The notes under the pieces are model-generated. The model ran no database searches. It was not told the origin of the DNA and was given only the letters and a program-made list of their open reading frames with translations. A program made the translations under genes and the position numbers. Shown here in pieces: positions 36,141 to 49,340 of a stretch of 64,000 bases of DNA (its first letter is position 1; every line of letters starts with the position of its first letter). Origin of the DNA: Lama guanicoe (taxonomy: Eukaryota); NCBI GenBank assembly GCA_013239625.1, contig MU053934.1:3056399-3120398 (forward strand). Reading direction: 5' to 3'.

Positions 36141-39100
36141 CGCTCCAACAGGTCACCCCCCAACAGGTCTCAGCTCTCACATTTGAAAACTCTGCTGCAT
36201 ATCACAGGTCCTTAACCTTGAACCCGGTCCCTATATGAGCATCAGAGGATCCACAAACCCCCCAAATTCACGTGAAAGTTAATGTGTCCTTGTTTTTTTC
36301 ATGTGTGTTCATCACATTCCTCAGATTCTGCATGAAGTTTAGAACCACTGGCTCGGAGGTGTGCCCTCCCCTGGGAATCAAAGCCCTTGAGGGCCCTCTC
36401 TCAGGCCCGGCCGTCCCACAGCGTCCCCACAAAGGCCCTGCCCAGGATGACTGGCTGTGAACCTGGGGGGTGGGCGGCTGGGACCCCTTCTGCCCCAGAG
36501 GATGACTGGTGAAATTCACAACACGCAGGAGGTAAGTACAAGAACAACCACCTCCCCCCGCGCTGGTGGGGCAGCTCCTCCCAGGAGAGGACCCTTCAAG
36601 TGGATCTTGAAAGTAAGAGCTTGCCCAGCAGCTCGATGGGAACCCGAGCCCTCATTCCCTTGGGAGCATCTTCTTACCACACTTCCCGTGTGTGATGAGG
36701 AGCTGGGACTCCTCCTGGCTCCCCTGCTGGACTTGACTCTCCTCAAGTGTGGAGATGCCAGGATTCAGTTCTGGCCCTTTCCCTCGTCCCTTTCACACAA
36801 GCACAAGCTCTGCATCTGTGTTTGAGGCATTGAGGGAATCAGAGGAACCTGGGTGGACAAATCTGGTTGCAAAGGGAGGATTGATTGCTGACTGTGGAAG
36901 TTCATGCCCTGCTACGAGAGGTTCCCTACCTCAGGATTTGCTAGCCTCCCTCAGCAGAACCTCAGGAAACCCAGTTAGAGGCCGAGGCTAAAAGATGGAG
37001 CCTCCTCTGGGGCCTAGACCGCCTCCCCTCTTTCCAATGACCCCCTCGTCACCAGTCTCCTGTGGGCTGGCTGCCCTGACTCTTCCTACAGAGACGCCAA
37101 AGGAAAAAGAAGGCTCTCAGAGGCTCCTTCCTCCGACATCCTCCTGCCCCCCAACACTGGATCTGAAGTGCCTCCAGTGGGACCTGTGGTCCGCATTGCC
37201 CTGTTTGGACATCACTTTTCAGATGTGAACCTCCTGGAAAGGAGAGGTGCCCCAACTCAGAGGAAACACTTCTAGTAGGTGAGCGTGCCTGGTTGATCCT
37301 GCGCAATGACCTAGGGCTTCCAGGGGCTTCAAGAGCCAGGTGAGGCAATGCCAAGAGTGGCAAAGAACCCCTTGGCCCTGGCTCCTCCTGATGGTTCCGC
37401 AGGCTGGCCAGGCTCAGAGCATCCCCTCCGGGCTCTTCCATGCCTGATGAGAGCCCTCATCCCACCCTCACCCCAGGCACTAAGGGAGGAGCAGTCGACA
37501 GTGCATTCACAGGATCCCAACAGTGCTGCCAGCCCCTTGTCACTGAGCCCTGACGGTCAGGTTCCAGGCTAAGGAGTGATGTGCACCGTCCTACAGGGTT
37601 TTATGAGGCACTAGTGTTGTCCCCACAATACAGACAGAGAACAGAGTTGAGGCCACGCGCTCTGGTCACACAGCTAGGAAGGGGCAAAGCTGCGAGGATT
37701 CTTAAGACCATCCCCCACCCCTCCACTTCACAGGTGGGTGGATTGAGGCCAGTCCTGAAGAAGGCACTCATCCAAGTGTCATAACTGGTCGGGGCCTCCA
37801 GCTGGCATCCACCCCTCCCACCAGTCTATTCAGAGCTCTCCTCACTGCTTCTCAGACTCTTGAACTATTAAGATCATGGACCCAAATCCCTAGACACTTA
37901 GAGACCTAAAAATAGAATTTTAGAATCTTAGAACTGAGTTGTAGAGTCATAGATTTTTAGACTCTGTGTCTTTGAACTGGAAAAGGTCAGAATTCCAGAA
38001 TGCTGGAATCAGCCTTCTTTAGACCTGGAATTGTGAACCTGGGACCTTACAATCCAGACCTCCTCAGCCAGGGAGCCCTACGTCACCCATCCATCTGACT
38101 CACCTCCCTGTGTGCAGATCCCCTTTATAGCATCCTCGCCAGGCGGCCAATCACAACCCAGGGCTGGAGGAGGGAGGGGAGCACCAGGCTCCGGGAGAGG
38201 AGCAGCGAGCCAGGCAAACCTAATTTCCAGGCTGCAGGGACAGATGCCCCCCGGCAAAGCCTGAGGGTAAGCTCTGAGCACAGCCCCTCCAGCCCAGGCA
38301 CACACGTGTGTACCCACACACACGAACACGTGCTAACACTCATGGCCATGGGAACGCAGTGTACCAGCCAGGCCCTGCCTTTGTTCAGAAGAATGAAATA
38401 GCCCCTCCAGAGCCCCTGGCCCCCCTGGAAGACTCCCTCCCTGCACCCTTATCTGGGCTTATCTTCCCCATCAAAGTTTAACGGGTCGGAGTGCCAGAAG
38501 CAAGGAAATTACAGCTTTCCATGGGCGTAAGTCAGACCTGCAATTTAGATGCCATCTTTTCTTTAAGGAGCCGGAACACTGTGCATGATTTAGTTCATCC
38601 TTTGGGGAGGAGGGCCTTCTTCTCCCTGTCTGGTTTATCTTTGGCACAAGCTTGCCTGGAAGCCGGGGGCGGACTCTTCAGAGGACTGTTCCAGAGGGAA
38701 CAGAGGTCCAGAGAGGGTGAGTGGCTGTCTTGAGCCCCACAGCAATTCAGCACTGCCCCTCAGGGATGCCAGACACCCCAGTCATTCTCCGTTTCTGTCT
38801 CCCACCCCTTCCCCTCTAGAGTGTCGGTTCTTGGGTGCAGGACCCTGAGTTATTTATTTCTGTAACCCCAGCGCCTAACACGGCACCCAGGACATCTGCA
38901 AATGGGAGCAGACCGAGCAGTTCAGCAAGAAGCAGCCCCAGCCAGGTGGGAGGGCGCTCCCGGGCAGAGGCCTCGAACTCACATCCGTGAGATCCTCACC
39001 AAGCCCAAGAGGGAGGGTTTTTAGAGAGGAGGAATTTGAGGCTCAGAGAGGCTCAGTAAATTATACAAGGTCACTCAGCTGATGAGTAGGAGGTCAGAAT

Positions 39101-39855
39101 TCAAACCCAGTCCTGTCCATTCTTAAACTATCAGTACCTCCCGGCCCTGTGGGTTTCCCTGAGGGCCTCAGACTAAGAGAAAATGAGGACTGGAACAACC
39201 TCTGATCTCCCTGGCTGACTCTGCATTCTGCTCCCTGTTGCTCCCCTGGGCCGACCCCCAGGGCCGAGGCCCAGATTGTGCTGATCAGTGCCAGCTGCCT
39301 CACTCCCACCTCAGACCAGGGTCTGACCCCCAGGAACACAGCCCGCAAGCCCACAAACCCTAGGCTGGGGGCTTGGGCTCTGCCGCAGAGCGATGATGCC
39401 AAACTGCTGTGTGACCTCGGGCAACTCACTTCCCATCTCTAGACCTCAGTTTCCTCTTATGAAAATGAAGACAAGCATACCCACCTCCTAGGGTTGCTGT
39501 AAAGATTGAAGGGGAGCATGCTGAGCACAGCCCAGCACAGAGAGGGGCTCAGGAAAGCTGGCACTTGAACCAAGGAGGCCAGATGCCACGCCATGAGCAT
39601 CTGGTTTCGTCCCGCTCCGACATTCTGCTGTTACGTGACTTCAAGATTCTAGAATCCTGGCATGAGATTCCGAGATTAATGTCCACTCCCCAAGCCCCCA
39701 CCATCCACCGAGAGGTCCCAGGAAGCCCTTCTTCCTCCCTGGGACCACCCACCCTCTCCCAGCCCCCAGCTCCAGCCTCCCAAGTTTATCCTGGGCAGAG
39801 GGTGGGCTCCAGCACCCCACCCTCTGGGACCCCATCAGGGCCGCAGCCTCCTTAC

Positions 39856-40300
39856 CTGCCCGCGGGCTGAGGGCTCCCCTCCTTGCTGCCAAGCTGGTTA
39901 TCATTCTGCTGCCCCCTCTCCCTGTCCAGTCCCCAGGCCCCACTGAGCACCGCTTAGCCGGGGTCCCCACACAGTGTCCACTTCTACACTGCTTGAGGGA
40001 CTGGGCCCCCTCCTAGGCCTGCGGCGGCCACGTCTGCCCACAGAGCCGCTCCCATCTGGTCTCCAGCCCTGACTTCCCACCGGCGCCTGGTGCATCACCC
40101 CCCCATCTCCAGGACACGTCCTTGGGTGGGAGGGTAGGGGCAGAGATGAGGGGGTCTGCAGGCAGGAGCCTGGGGTGGGGGTGGAGGGAGAAGCTCCCTA
40201 AGGGAAAGAAGAGAAATGGGGAAGAGGGGACTCTAAGAAACCAATAGAAATAGAGGGAAAAGCGGGGTCGGTTGGAGGTGGAGAGAGAGGAAGAGCCAGA
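39856..40300 (-). other. SSTR3: SSTR3 5' exon (donor exact, 5' end approximate)
   Basis: Consensus donor GCAG|gtaagg at 39856/39855, in GC-rich non-repetitive sequence about 4.6 kb upstream of the coding-exon acceptor. A promoter-like GC-box region lies at about 40550-40650. Confidence 0.65.
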
Positions 40301-40999
40301 GAGAGAAGACGGTGAGTGGGTGGAAAGCCAGAATGAGGGGGAGTGATGGGAAATGCCTGCCTGACAGGAGAAGAGAAAGAGAAGGAAAGAGTGAGAGAAG
40401 GGGCAAGAGAAAGGAATGCAGAGGGAGATGCAGGGAAAGAGCGCAGGGAAGAAAGGAGAAGGAGGGGGTGGCAGGGAGAGTGACAGAGAGGGATTGTGCC
40501 ACAGATGGTGACATGGAGAGCCAGGGAAGGAGGGAGCAGGAGTGGGGGTGCGGGAAGGGCTGAGAGGAGGGGCCAGGAGGAGGGGCCGGAGCGAAGGTGC
40601 AGGCAGCGGGGAGGGGCGGCAGGTTAGGGGAGGAGGCTGGAAGGGGGGCAGACCCTGTTTCCTGGGAGATTTCAGCCACCCACGCTGGCCTTGGTTTCCA
40701 CAGGGGCTTGGAAATGAGAGTGTGGTGTTCAGGGTTGCTGGGGGCCCGAGAGCCAGTGGCCAGACGCCTCCCAGGCCACCGTGGGCACACATCCCCCAGA
40801 GCAACAGCTGGGTCCCAAGGCCAGTGCTGCGAAGAGGGCTGGGAGCATCGGATGAGCACTGGGCAGGGAGTCCGCAGTTCCGCAGTCTGGGTTCCTCGGC
40901 CAGGGGCTGGATGCCAGCCACAGAGGAAAGCCAGGCGGGGATTATCAGTCTAGATGGGTCTGGGGAGCCCCGGGAAGGGTGAAGACTAGAACAGGGAAA

Positions 41000-41300
41000 A
41001 GAACTAATTCAGACTTTGGGGGCCAAGAGGAAAAATCAAAGCTATTATACAGGAGGAAACAAATTTCCAATATTTGTAAATTGACCAAATTTCAAATCTA
41101 ATACTAATAATTGAGGACTTTTTCAGTAAAATCTTTTTTTATTTGAATGGGGTAACATTTTGCTTACTTGGAGTTCAAAGTGAGTATTTCCTTTCATCAA
41201 ATTGGTTACAAATAGTCTTCTGTAAAAAAAACACTCTTAGCTGGCAGACTGTCCAAAAATAGGCAGTGCGGTAGACTGGCCAGATTGGTAGACCCCTGGT
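41000..41300. mobile_element. hAT-Charlie (MER58-like) DNA transposon remnant
   Basis: AT-rich block ending ...tccaaaaataggcag...ggcc...gacccctg. Confidence 0.45.
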
Positions 41301-44300
41301 TTAAAATCCTTTGCCTGGGGCCTGAGCACAGTCCTGGCTGCCCCTGGACGCCGTGCCCTAGCTTGTGCTAACCAGCTGTGTGACTGTGGGTAAGTTGTCT
41401 CCTCTCGGAGCCTCAGTTTCCCCATCTGGATCTTTGGGAGGTCGACTAGATCACTCCTAAGTTCTTTCAATATGAGCATTATAAGTGCCTAAGAGTCAAT
41501 TAGTAATGGCAGCCTTTTTTATGAAGCCTTCCCCCCAAGAGCCGGCTGCTTCAAGGACATCACTGTGCCTCATGGCCACCACACCACCTATGATCAGCAG
41601 AGTTAGTGTATCTGGTTTTCAGATGGGGACGCTGGGGCTCAGAGAGGGCAAGCAGTTTACTCAGGTCACACAGCTAGTGAGTGGAGAGGTGGGACGGCTT
41701 TGTGCCAAAGGTGTGCTCTGAAGCACCTTGCCCACAGAAAGGCAAAGGAGGTAACAATCAGAGAACAGAGGGAAAAAAGAAATGAGTCTTTGTTGAGCAC
41801 CTACTGTGTGCCAGGCACCATCCAGGCCCCTTTCTGTACTGAGTCATTTTTTAGGACCAGAGCTGGACCTACTTTGTCAGTAGGTCCCTAGGGCTGCCAC
41901 GTGGTAGGCCCTCAGAGAGCAGGGAATCCAGCTTTTCCGGAGGGGGTGCTCTGGCTGCAGCAGCACACAGTAGGACTAGGGAAGGACACACCACTTCCAC
42001 CTGGAGCCCCCCTCCCTGCCTCCCCACTGCCCCGTCTGTCTCTCTGGCAAGGCCCTGCCTCCAGGCGGCAGGGTTCTGTCTGCACAAGTTTGCGAGGAGT
42101 AGTTGGGTTCTGAGGCAGCTCCTGGGAGTGAGGGGGCTTTCAGGGGCACTGTCCCTCCCTGGCCCAACCCTCCAGGGCTTCTCAGCAGCTCAGAATACAG
42201 TCCCCCCACAAAGCATTCCCAGGGGTTTCACACCTTCCCAGCCTCACCACCTGCTCATGTCTCCTCCTCTGCTCATTTTCTTCACCTGTCTGTGTTCCAG
42301 GCACACCCAGCCTCGCTCATTCATTCGTTTGTTCCATGTATCATTCATTCATCAGCCGGATGACCTCAGAAGGCCTCTCTGAGGATGTCAGAGAGATGGA
42401 GCAAATATCTGGGAAGATCGGGAAGGGCCGTGCTGGGCACTGAGGTGATGACCAGCATGCATCTAAGGGATGAGGAGGAGACCAGGAGAGAGGAGGGAGG
42501 TGGGGAGACCACCAAGGCCACGGAGGGCCTTGTCGTCTTAGGCTCAGAGTGTTGGGAGCCTCTCCGGGTGCAAGCAGAGGAGTTTCGTGACCTGATTTGT
42601 TTTTCAAAGGCTCACCAGTCAGGAACCGGTGAGAAAGTGTTGCTTCTCCTCAGGACCTTTGCACACTCTGTGTCCCCCGCCTGGGACACTCTTCTCACCC
42701 CATTCCATCCCCATCCGTGAGGAGTCCTCCTTCAGGGAGCCTCCTGCTGGAAAACTCCCCTGCCCTGGACTAGCTGGGCCTCTCCCATGGACCTCCTGGA
42801 TACCCAGCCCCCCAGCCCCGAGCCCCACACGGTCTCTAATCCAGGCTCAGCAAGACTCAGCCGTGTCCTATGCTAGGCTGCGAGCTCCGGAACAGCAGAC
42901 TTTGTGTGGGTCTCCCCTCCGTGTCCCCAGGCCTGGCACCAGCACGGCACCGCACATTTAATGAGGAGAAGAGGGTGGATGGATGGATGGTCAGCTGCCA
43001 GGTGGCAAAGGAGGGGAGGCTGTGATCCACTGAATGTCAGCTGGAGGCTGGAGAGATGGTGAGGGGTCCTGGGCATCAGGCTGGGGGAGGTGTGACCTGA
43101 GTCAGACACCAGCCCCCGCCCCAGGGACCTGGCCCAGCAGAAGTGACCCTGAGGCCCCTGATAAGCCCTCCTCCTGGGGATGGCGGGGCAGAAAGAGGAA
43201 AGGCAGCTTCATACCTGTGAACTCTGGGGAGCTGTGTCGCTGGGTGTCTGGGAGCCGTGGGGTGGTCCCGCCCTGCCTGGCGTTGAGGTCCTGGAGTGAG
43301 AGCCTCTACTCTCAGGCCTGGACCTGGCCCCTCAGTCTGTAACCTCTGCCTAGTGTCCTGGAGGGGCTGCTGGGCCCACTTCCCCAAGACAGAACAATGC
43401 TATGTCTCCCCCATCACACCTTGGCCTCCTCAAGACTAAGGCCGTGTCTCTACACTCAGGTTGGAGGGCTTCCCCAGATCAACGACTGTGCCCCTGCCAT
43501 CAGACAGGTGGCTTTCCAGGAGCTGCGGCTCAGCCTCCTCCCATCCCGAGAGCCAGGGCCAAACTTCCTCCCGCCTCTCCCCGCCCCAACAATGCCTAGG
43601 CTGGAGGGCAGGGTTGGGGGCTCAGCTAGTGAGGCTGAGGTCTTTCTTCTCAAATAAGATGAGAAGAGCCAAAAAGCCTTCCATGCCCAGCTTCTGGGGC
43701 TCCGTCACTGGAGTCCCTGCTAAGGATGTCCTCTGGTTCATCAGCCCCTGCTGGCACCTGCTGGGGTTGAATCTCAGCTTTGCCATTTACTGGCTGTGCG
43801 ATCTTAGATATGTGACTTAACCTCTCTGAGCCTCCATCCCTCATCCTCAACACCTGCTGCATAGGATTGCTGGGAATTAGAATTAGTTAACCCCTTTTCC
43901 CAGCAGCAGTTCCCAGGGACGCCTCCTGCGTTTGAGGGAGGTGGGTTAGCAGACTGGGCAGGTGAGTCTGAGCCCCAGTTCTGCTTCAGTCAAGCAGCAC
44001 GACTTTGTGAAACTCCTCTGCAGACTTTCTTCTTCAGTATAATGTGCCCCCATTCCCACCCAGCCCCCAAGTTTCATGTGAAGGTCAAACGAAGGAAACT
44101 CCTGTCAGCTGGTCCCCGCCTCTCTCTGCGTCAAGCCTCATTGCTGTTACTTCGAAATCTTCTTTCTAACCTGTCCACTGCTCTCCAGCCCTGGAGCCTC
44201 CTTTCTGGGCCAAACCACCATCACCTCTTGTTGGTCCTCCTGCTTTTGCCCTCACCCCCTCCTCAGCAAGGAGAAAGGGTCTGTTAAGAATAAGTCACAC

Positions 44301-44599
44301 CAGTTGCTTCCTCCTTGAGACCATCCTAGGGCCACCCGTTGCTGTAGAATGAAATCCACCCATGTAAGGGTACCCATGTAAGCTGCCTTTGCCTGCTTCT
44401 CTTTACACTCACCCTTCGTCTCTTTCTAATTGCCTTGGCCTTCAGGCTGAACCTCACACATGCCCCAGGCCCTTTGCACAGGCTGTTCCTTGGCCCTCTC
44501 TTCATCCTTCAATAGTTTTAGGCATCAGTTGCTCAAGGAAGCCTTCTCTGAAGCCTTTTCATTCTCTGCCACTCCCTCCTCTGGGCTTCCTTTCTATCT

Positions 44600-47440
44600 G
44601 TAATGAAATTATTTTTAATTTGCTTTTCTCAAAGTACTCTTTGCAAATAAGCTTTAAAAACCAATAGTGCTAAAAAGACTTAGAAGAGCAAAAAAAACAG
44701 GAGTCCTCCCAAGGCCCTGGCCCACCCTGTGGCCCAGAGGCATATTCACCCTCTTAGCTACTTCTCCTTGTATTTATCTCCACTTTGCTAAATAGGATTT
44801 GTTTCTCTGTCTCTCAAATCCTCAGTTTTACCCATCATCTACTGACTTCCTGTTATGGTAGTTGAGGATTTTAGATTTCTTACACACTCTGGTCCCTTTT
44901 CCTCTTCCTCTCAAAGTAACAAATTTTCTGTTAAATGCATATTCAATGTTTCCATTATGAATGCAATGTAGATATTATCTCCAGCTCAGCCAGGGGTTAA
45001 TAATTGCCTCATTTCTTCATTTGCTTAGATTTAAAAAAAAATACCTTCGTTTTCTTGGACTACTTCCATACACACCTACGGCTTCATAAAAACTTCACAA
45101 TGACATTTCCAGGGGCTAACCTCAGGGATAATTTTTTCTTGGAGACTCCTAAACTCCTCTCTGTCCCCGCAGTCCCCCGCTGCCTGGGCGCAGCCGACAC
45201 CCTGGGATTCTCTCTCCACCATTAGTTCAGGGATTCCCTTCAGTGTTTTCCTGTGTTACATCCAGTTTCCTAAATCCCACGTCTTCCTCTTTAATGGTTT
45301 ATTCCCTTATTTTGTTGGCGTGCATCCTTAGTAATTTCCTGAGCGATTATGCATGTTTGAAATTCATTCTCCTTTCACTCTTGTGGATGGCCTGGCTGGG
45401 TGTAGAATTCTAGGTCGAGAAGATAGACCTTGATTCAGAGGGTGGATCCATGTCTCTGGTTTCTAGCCCTATTCTTAGTTTCAGTCCTTTGTGTGTAACT
45501 CTAGATAGCTTTTTTCATTATTCTGGAAGCTTCTAGAATCTTTGCTTTATCCTTACATTTCTGACATTTTATAATGCCTGAGTCATGTTCCCCCCACCAA
45601 CACCAAGTGTTTGGGAACTCAGTGAACTGTTTGAAGCTGAAGATATGTGTTCTTCAGTTTTAGAGAAGATTTTTTTTCATTATTTCCTTCTGAAACTTTT
45701 ATTATTTTACTACTGGCCTCCTAGACTAATCCTTTAATTTTCTCGTTTAATTTTACTCTTTTTCTGGCTTCTGAGATAGAATTATTTTCTTCTAAGATAA
45801 AATTTATTCTTATTATCTTCCAACTTTTCTATTTTGAAAAAAATTTTATCAATGTATTTTTAATTTCTAAGAGCTCTTCTCTGTTTCCTGATTAGTCCTC
45901 TGTCATGGCATTTTGTATTTATTTGTGGATATAATATGTTTCCTTATATCTCTAAGGATAGCAATAATGATTTCTTTAAAAGTTTTTTTCTGATTACTGC
46001 CTTGTCTCTATTTCTTGCTAGTTCTTTTTTTTTTTCTTCTTGTTTGATTGAGTCTCTTTCATGTTAGAGCTTTCCTCAATTAACTAGCCATCTTTTGCCA
46101 TCCATTCATTTTTCAGAATGAAGCATTAAAAAATCAGACTGGAATCTCCATGTAGGAAGGCAGGGCTTGCAAAATAGTGGACATCTCTGTAGGAACAGCT
46201 GGATGTTTTGTCAAGGACATCCAGGTGTCACCAGATGTCAGCATCTGTAAAACTTTTCACTGGAGTGGTCGGATCTTGTCCCCAGTTTCCTGTCTGGGAT
46301 GAGTGTCTTCCTGGGTGGTAGCATTCCTAAACTGGGCCAGGGAAAGGGGCTGAAGACACTCTGTTAAGTATTCAGATTTTCACTGAACCCCCCTGTATCA
46401 GTCAGCTACTACTGTGTAACAAACAGCCACAAAAGTCTCTGTGGTGCACAATAATATGCATTTATTTCACTACACAACTTCAGGTCAGCTGGGATTGGTT
46501 GATCTAGGCTGGGCTTAGCTAGGCTGATCTCCTTTGAGTTGCAGGTCTTCAGGTCAGCTGGATACCTCTGCTCCCTATTTCTTTTGTACTCTTGGAACCA
46601 GCAGATTTACCAAGGCTTGTTCTTTTGTCAGCACAAGAGAACATGGTGCAAGTGCATCAAGTCTGTCCTTGTGGTGCATATGCTAACATCCCATTGGCCA
46701 AAAGCAAGTCACATGGCCAAGACAGCCTCACTGGAGTGGGAAAGTACCCTCCTCCCTGGAGGTAGGGGATGGACAGAGTGATTACCTGCTAAGCATAATT
46801 AAGTCTACCACATCCCCAAGAATCAGTCTAGGGCCTCACCCCAACCTGATGTGTAGCTAGTGTCCTTGGGTCCAGAACTCTCTGGTTGGACTGCCCTACC
46901 CCCATTAGGAAGGGGTGGTTGCCTGGCTGCTTAGCATAGGGGGGAGGATCTGGGGAGTCTAAATACTCCTTAAGTAGATTTCCAAACAACCCCTCTGTTT
47001 CCAGGCTCCTGCCTCACCATCTGTGGTGTCTGGATCCCCTACTTTAGAGCCCCTCAGGATTCCATAAGGCCAGTAGGTTTGCATCTCTCCCATCTCCAAG
47101 CCCCCACCCCACCCACCACGGAACAGCAGACACTTAAGTTTGTCTTTCCTAGGCTCTGTTAAATCATTTACCACCCCTCCATCTGCTCTTCCTGCTTCTG
47201 TGCTGTGGTTTGGGGTCACAGGTGTCTCCGGCTTTCTTTGAAGACGAGAGTCTGTGTTTCTGTTTCATGTTCTCCTTCTTGTTGGGCTGCTTTTCAGCCA
47301 GGGGTGAGGGGGTGGAAACATCTCTACCTGGCACCTTGAGGCCAGCATCTCTTCCTTTTTCTGTTGAATGCACTTCTGTGGTATGTCGATCAAACCCCAT
47401 GGCAGGTGTTGATTTACACGTCTGTTTCTCCCGCTAGCCT
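44600..47440 (-). mobile_element. Ancient, fragmented L1 region interrupted by an MLT1-type LTR (about 46394-46812)
   Basis: Long T-rich, AT-rich block unlike its GC-rich surroundings, including ggctgggtgtagaattctaggt. The nested LTR begins tgtatcagtcagcta...tgtgtaacaaac. Confidence 0.6.
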
Positions 47441-48809
47441 CTGAGCCTCTGGGGAGCAGACGGCTGGGTCTCACCCCTGCCTCCAAGCACCACTTGGCAT
47501 AGAGTGTATTGTTAATACATGGGAACTGAATTGAACTGAACTTTAGATTATATGGATGACTGCTCATCCTTTCACTTCTTCAAAGGCTTCAGAAGTCTTC
47601 TAGAACTATCCTAGATCTATGTCACCCTCCCCAGAGCCTACCTTGCCCTGCCACCCACATCCCACAAGGCCTAGATAGTCAGATGTCCCCAGGGATGACT
47701 ATTTCTTGGGCAATGAGGGAGTTAAGAGTGTAGGGAGGAGGGGTAAGAGGTCAAAGGCAGAGACAGCAGGGACTTTGGCCCCAGAAAAGTCATTGTTTCA
47801 GTGTAGCCCTGTATCATCTCTCATAATTCTGTGAGTTGGCTGGGCTCAGTTGGGTGGCTCTTCTGCTCCCCCTGCTGTTGGCTGGGGCTGCAGTCATCTG
47901 GGGACTCGACTGGGCTGGCACATCCAAGATGGCTCATGCATATGACTGGTGCCTGGGTGAGAATGCTGGAAGGCTGGGCTCAGCTGGATCACTAGACTGG
48001 TTGGGTCTCTCTCTCCATTAAAGTTCATTCTTTCATCTGCTTACTCATTTATATAAACAACAAACATTTATCCAGCGTCCACTAAGCGCCAGGTACTAGT
48101 GGATCATGGTGGCCCTACACCGTGGCATCTGAGTGGCATAATTATGTTTCTAAATGAAGAAGATCCCCCAGGCTGCCTGGTAGGAGGCTGAAGTATAGGC
48201 AGGGAGAGTGGAGGCAGGGAGGCCAGTGAGGAGACTGTAGCTACTGTCCAGGGGATGGTTGCAAGGCTTAGAGCCAGGAGCAGCAGTGGACCAGATGAGT
48301 GGTTGGGTTTAACAGATATTGGGACACTGAATTTTCCAGGCTTGGTGACCAATGAATGCTGGGTGACAGAATGGGAGAAGTCAGGGGGACCCCAGGCCTC
48401 TGCTTTGGGAGAAGGCCCATGGAGAAGCCAGACAGAGAGCCCCAAATGAAGTAGGCTTATCTGGCAGGTGCCTTCCTCACCCATCAGGCAGTGACGTTAT
48501 TGCGAGGGGCCAAATCTAATGCACCCAAGCCCTGCCACCCAGCCCAGGACTGGCACTAGGTGGGTGCTTGGGAGTGGCTGTTGTCGAATGAGTGAGCATC
48601 ATCATGTTGTCAGCTCCTGCCCACAACTAACATTTCTTCCTGTTTCAAAACCCCTCACCCACTTCCTTCAAGGTTTTTCTTTCTTACCTAAAGGGGATCT
48701 GGTCCTCAGCCAATTTTCAGAGCAGAAATGAGTTACTCACCCCATGTCCAGTGAGTTCTGGACACAATGATACAACGGAATGAGCACTAGGCCAGGAGTC
48801 CTAAAATCT

Positions 48810-49340
48810 CAGTTATAATTGCTGTCAACTAACAGTAACAGAAAGCCTGACCAACAGTGACATAAAGAGATAGGTGGTTTCATTTTCACTCTATTGCCTT
48901 AACAAGGCAGCCATTGGCATTTCCTCAGCTGTCGACCAAAGTTGGGAAGGATCCAGGCTTTTTTATCTTTCTGCTCTTCTATTCTTAACATGTTAGGCTG
49001 TATTTTCAAGTTCGTGGCTTCAGGTTCATAATGTGGCTGCTGCAGCTCCAGACATCTCATCAGTGTTCATCAGGGAAGGGGACAGGACAAAAGGTAGTGT
49101 TGGCTGGCTCTATCGTTTTTTATGGGGAAAAAAACAAAAACTTTTTTTGATTCCAGCTGATTTTCTGGTCTTGTTGGCCAGAACTGTGCAAACTTGGAAC
49201 TTCAGCTGCAAAGCAGGCTGGGAAAACAAATATTTGTGTCTGGGGCTAGATAGATTGCTGCTCTGCACAAAACTAGGATCCTGTTAGCAAGGAGGATGGG
49301 AGTAGTGGTAGTGGGTGGAAAAGTACAGTGTCTGCTTTAG
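48810..49340 (-). mobile_element. Old MaLR LTR remnant
   Basis: ggctgctgcagctccagacatc...ttggccagaactgt...agctgcaaagcaggctggg. Confidence 0.55.

Noticed and set aside
37860..38060. Degenerate (TAGAATC)-like 8-bp repeats
   Set aside because: They resemble the decayed tail of an ancient SINE or LINE, with no evidence of function.
40013..40921. 302-aa minus-strand ORF
   Set aside because: It is a low-complexity translation of a pyrimidine-rich strand with no recognisable domain.
45521..45538. Perfect four-unit HSE TTCtgGAAgcTTCtaGAA
   Set aside because: It is an isolated match inside a decayed L1 far from promoters, with no further support.
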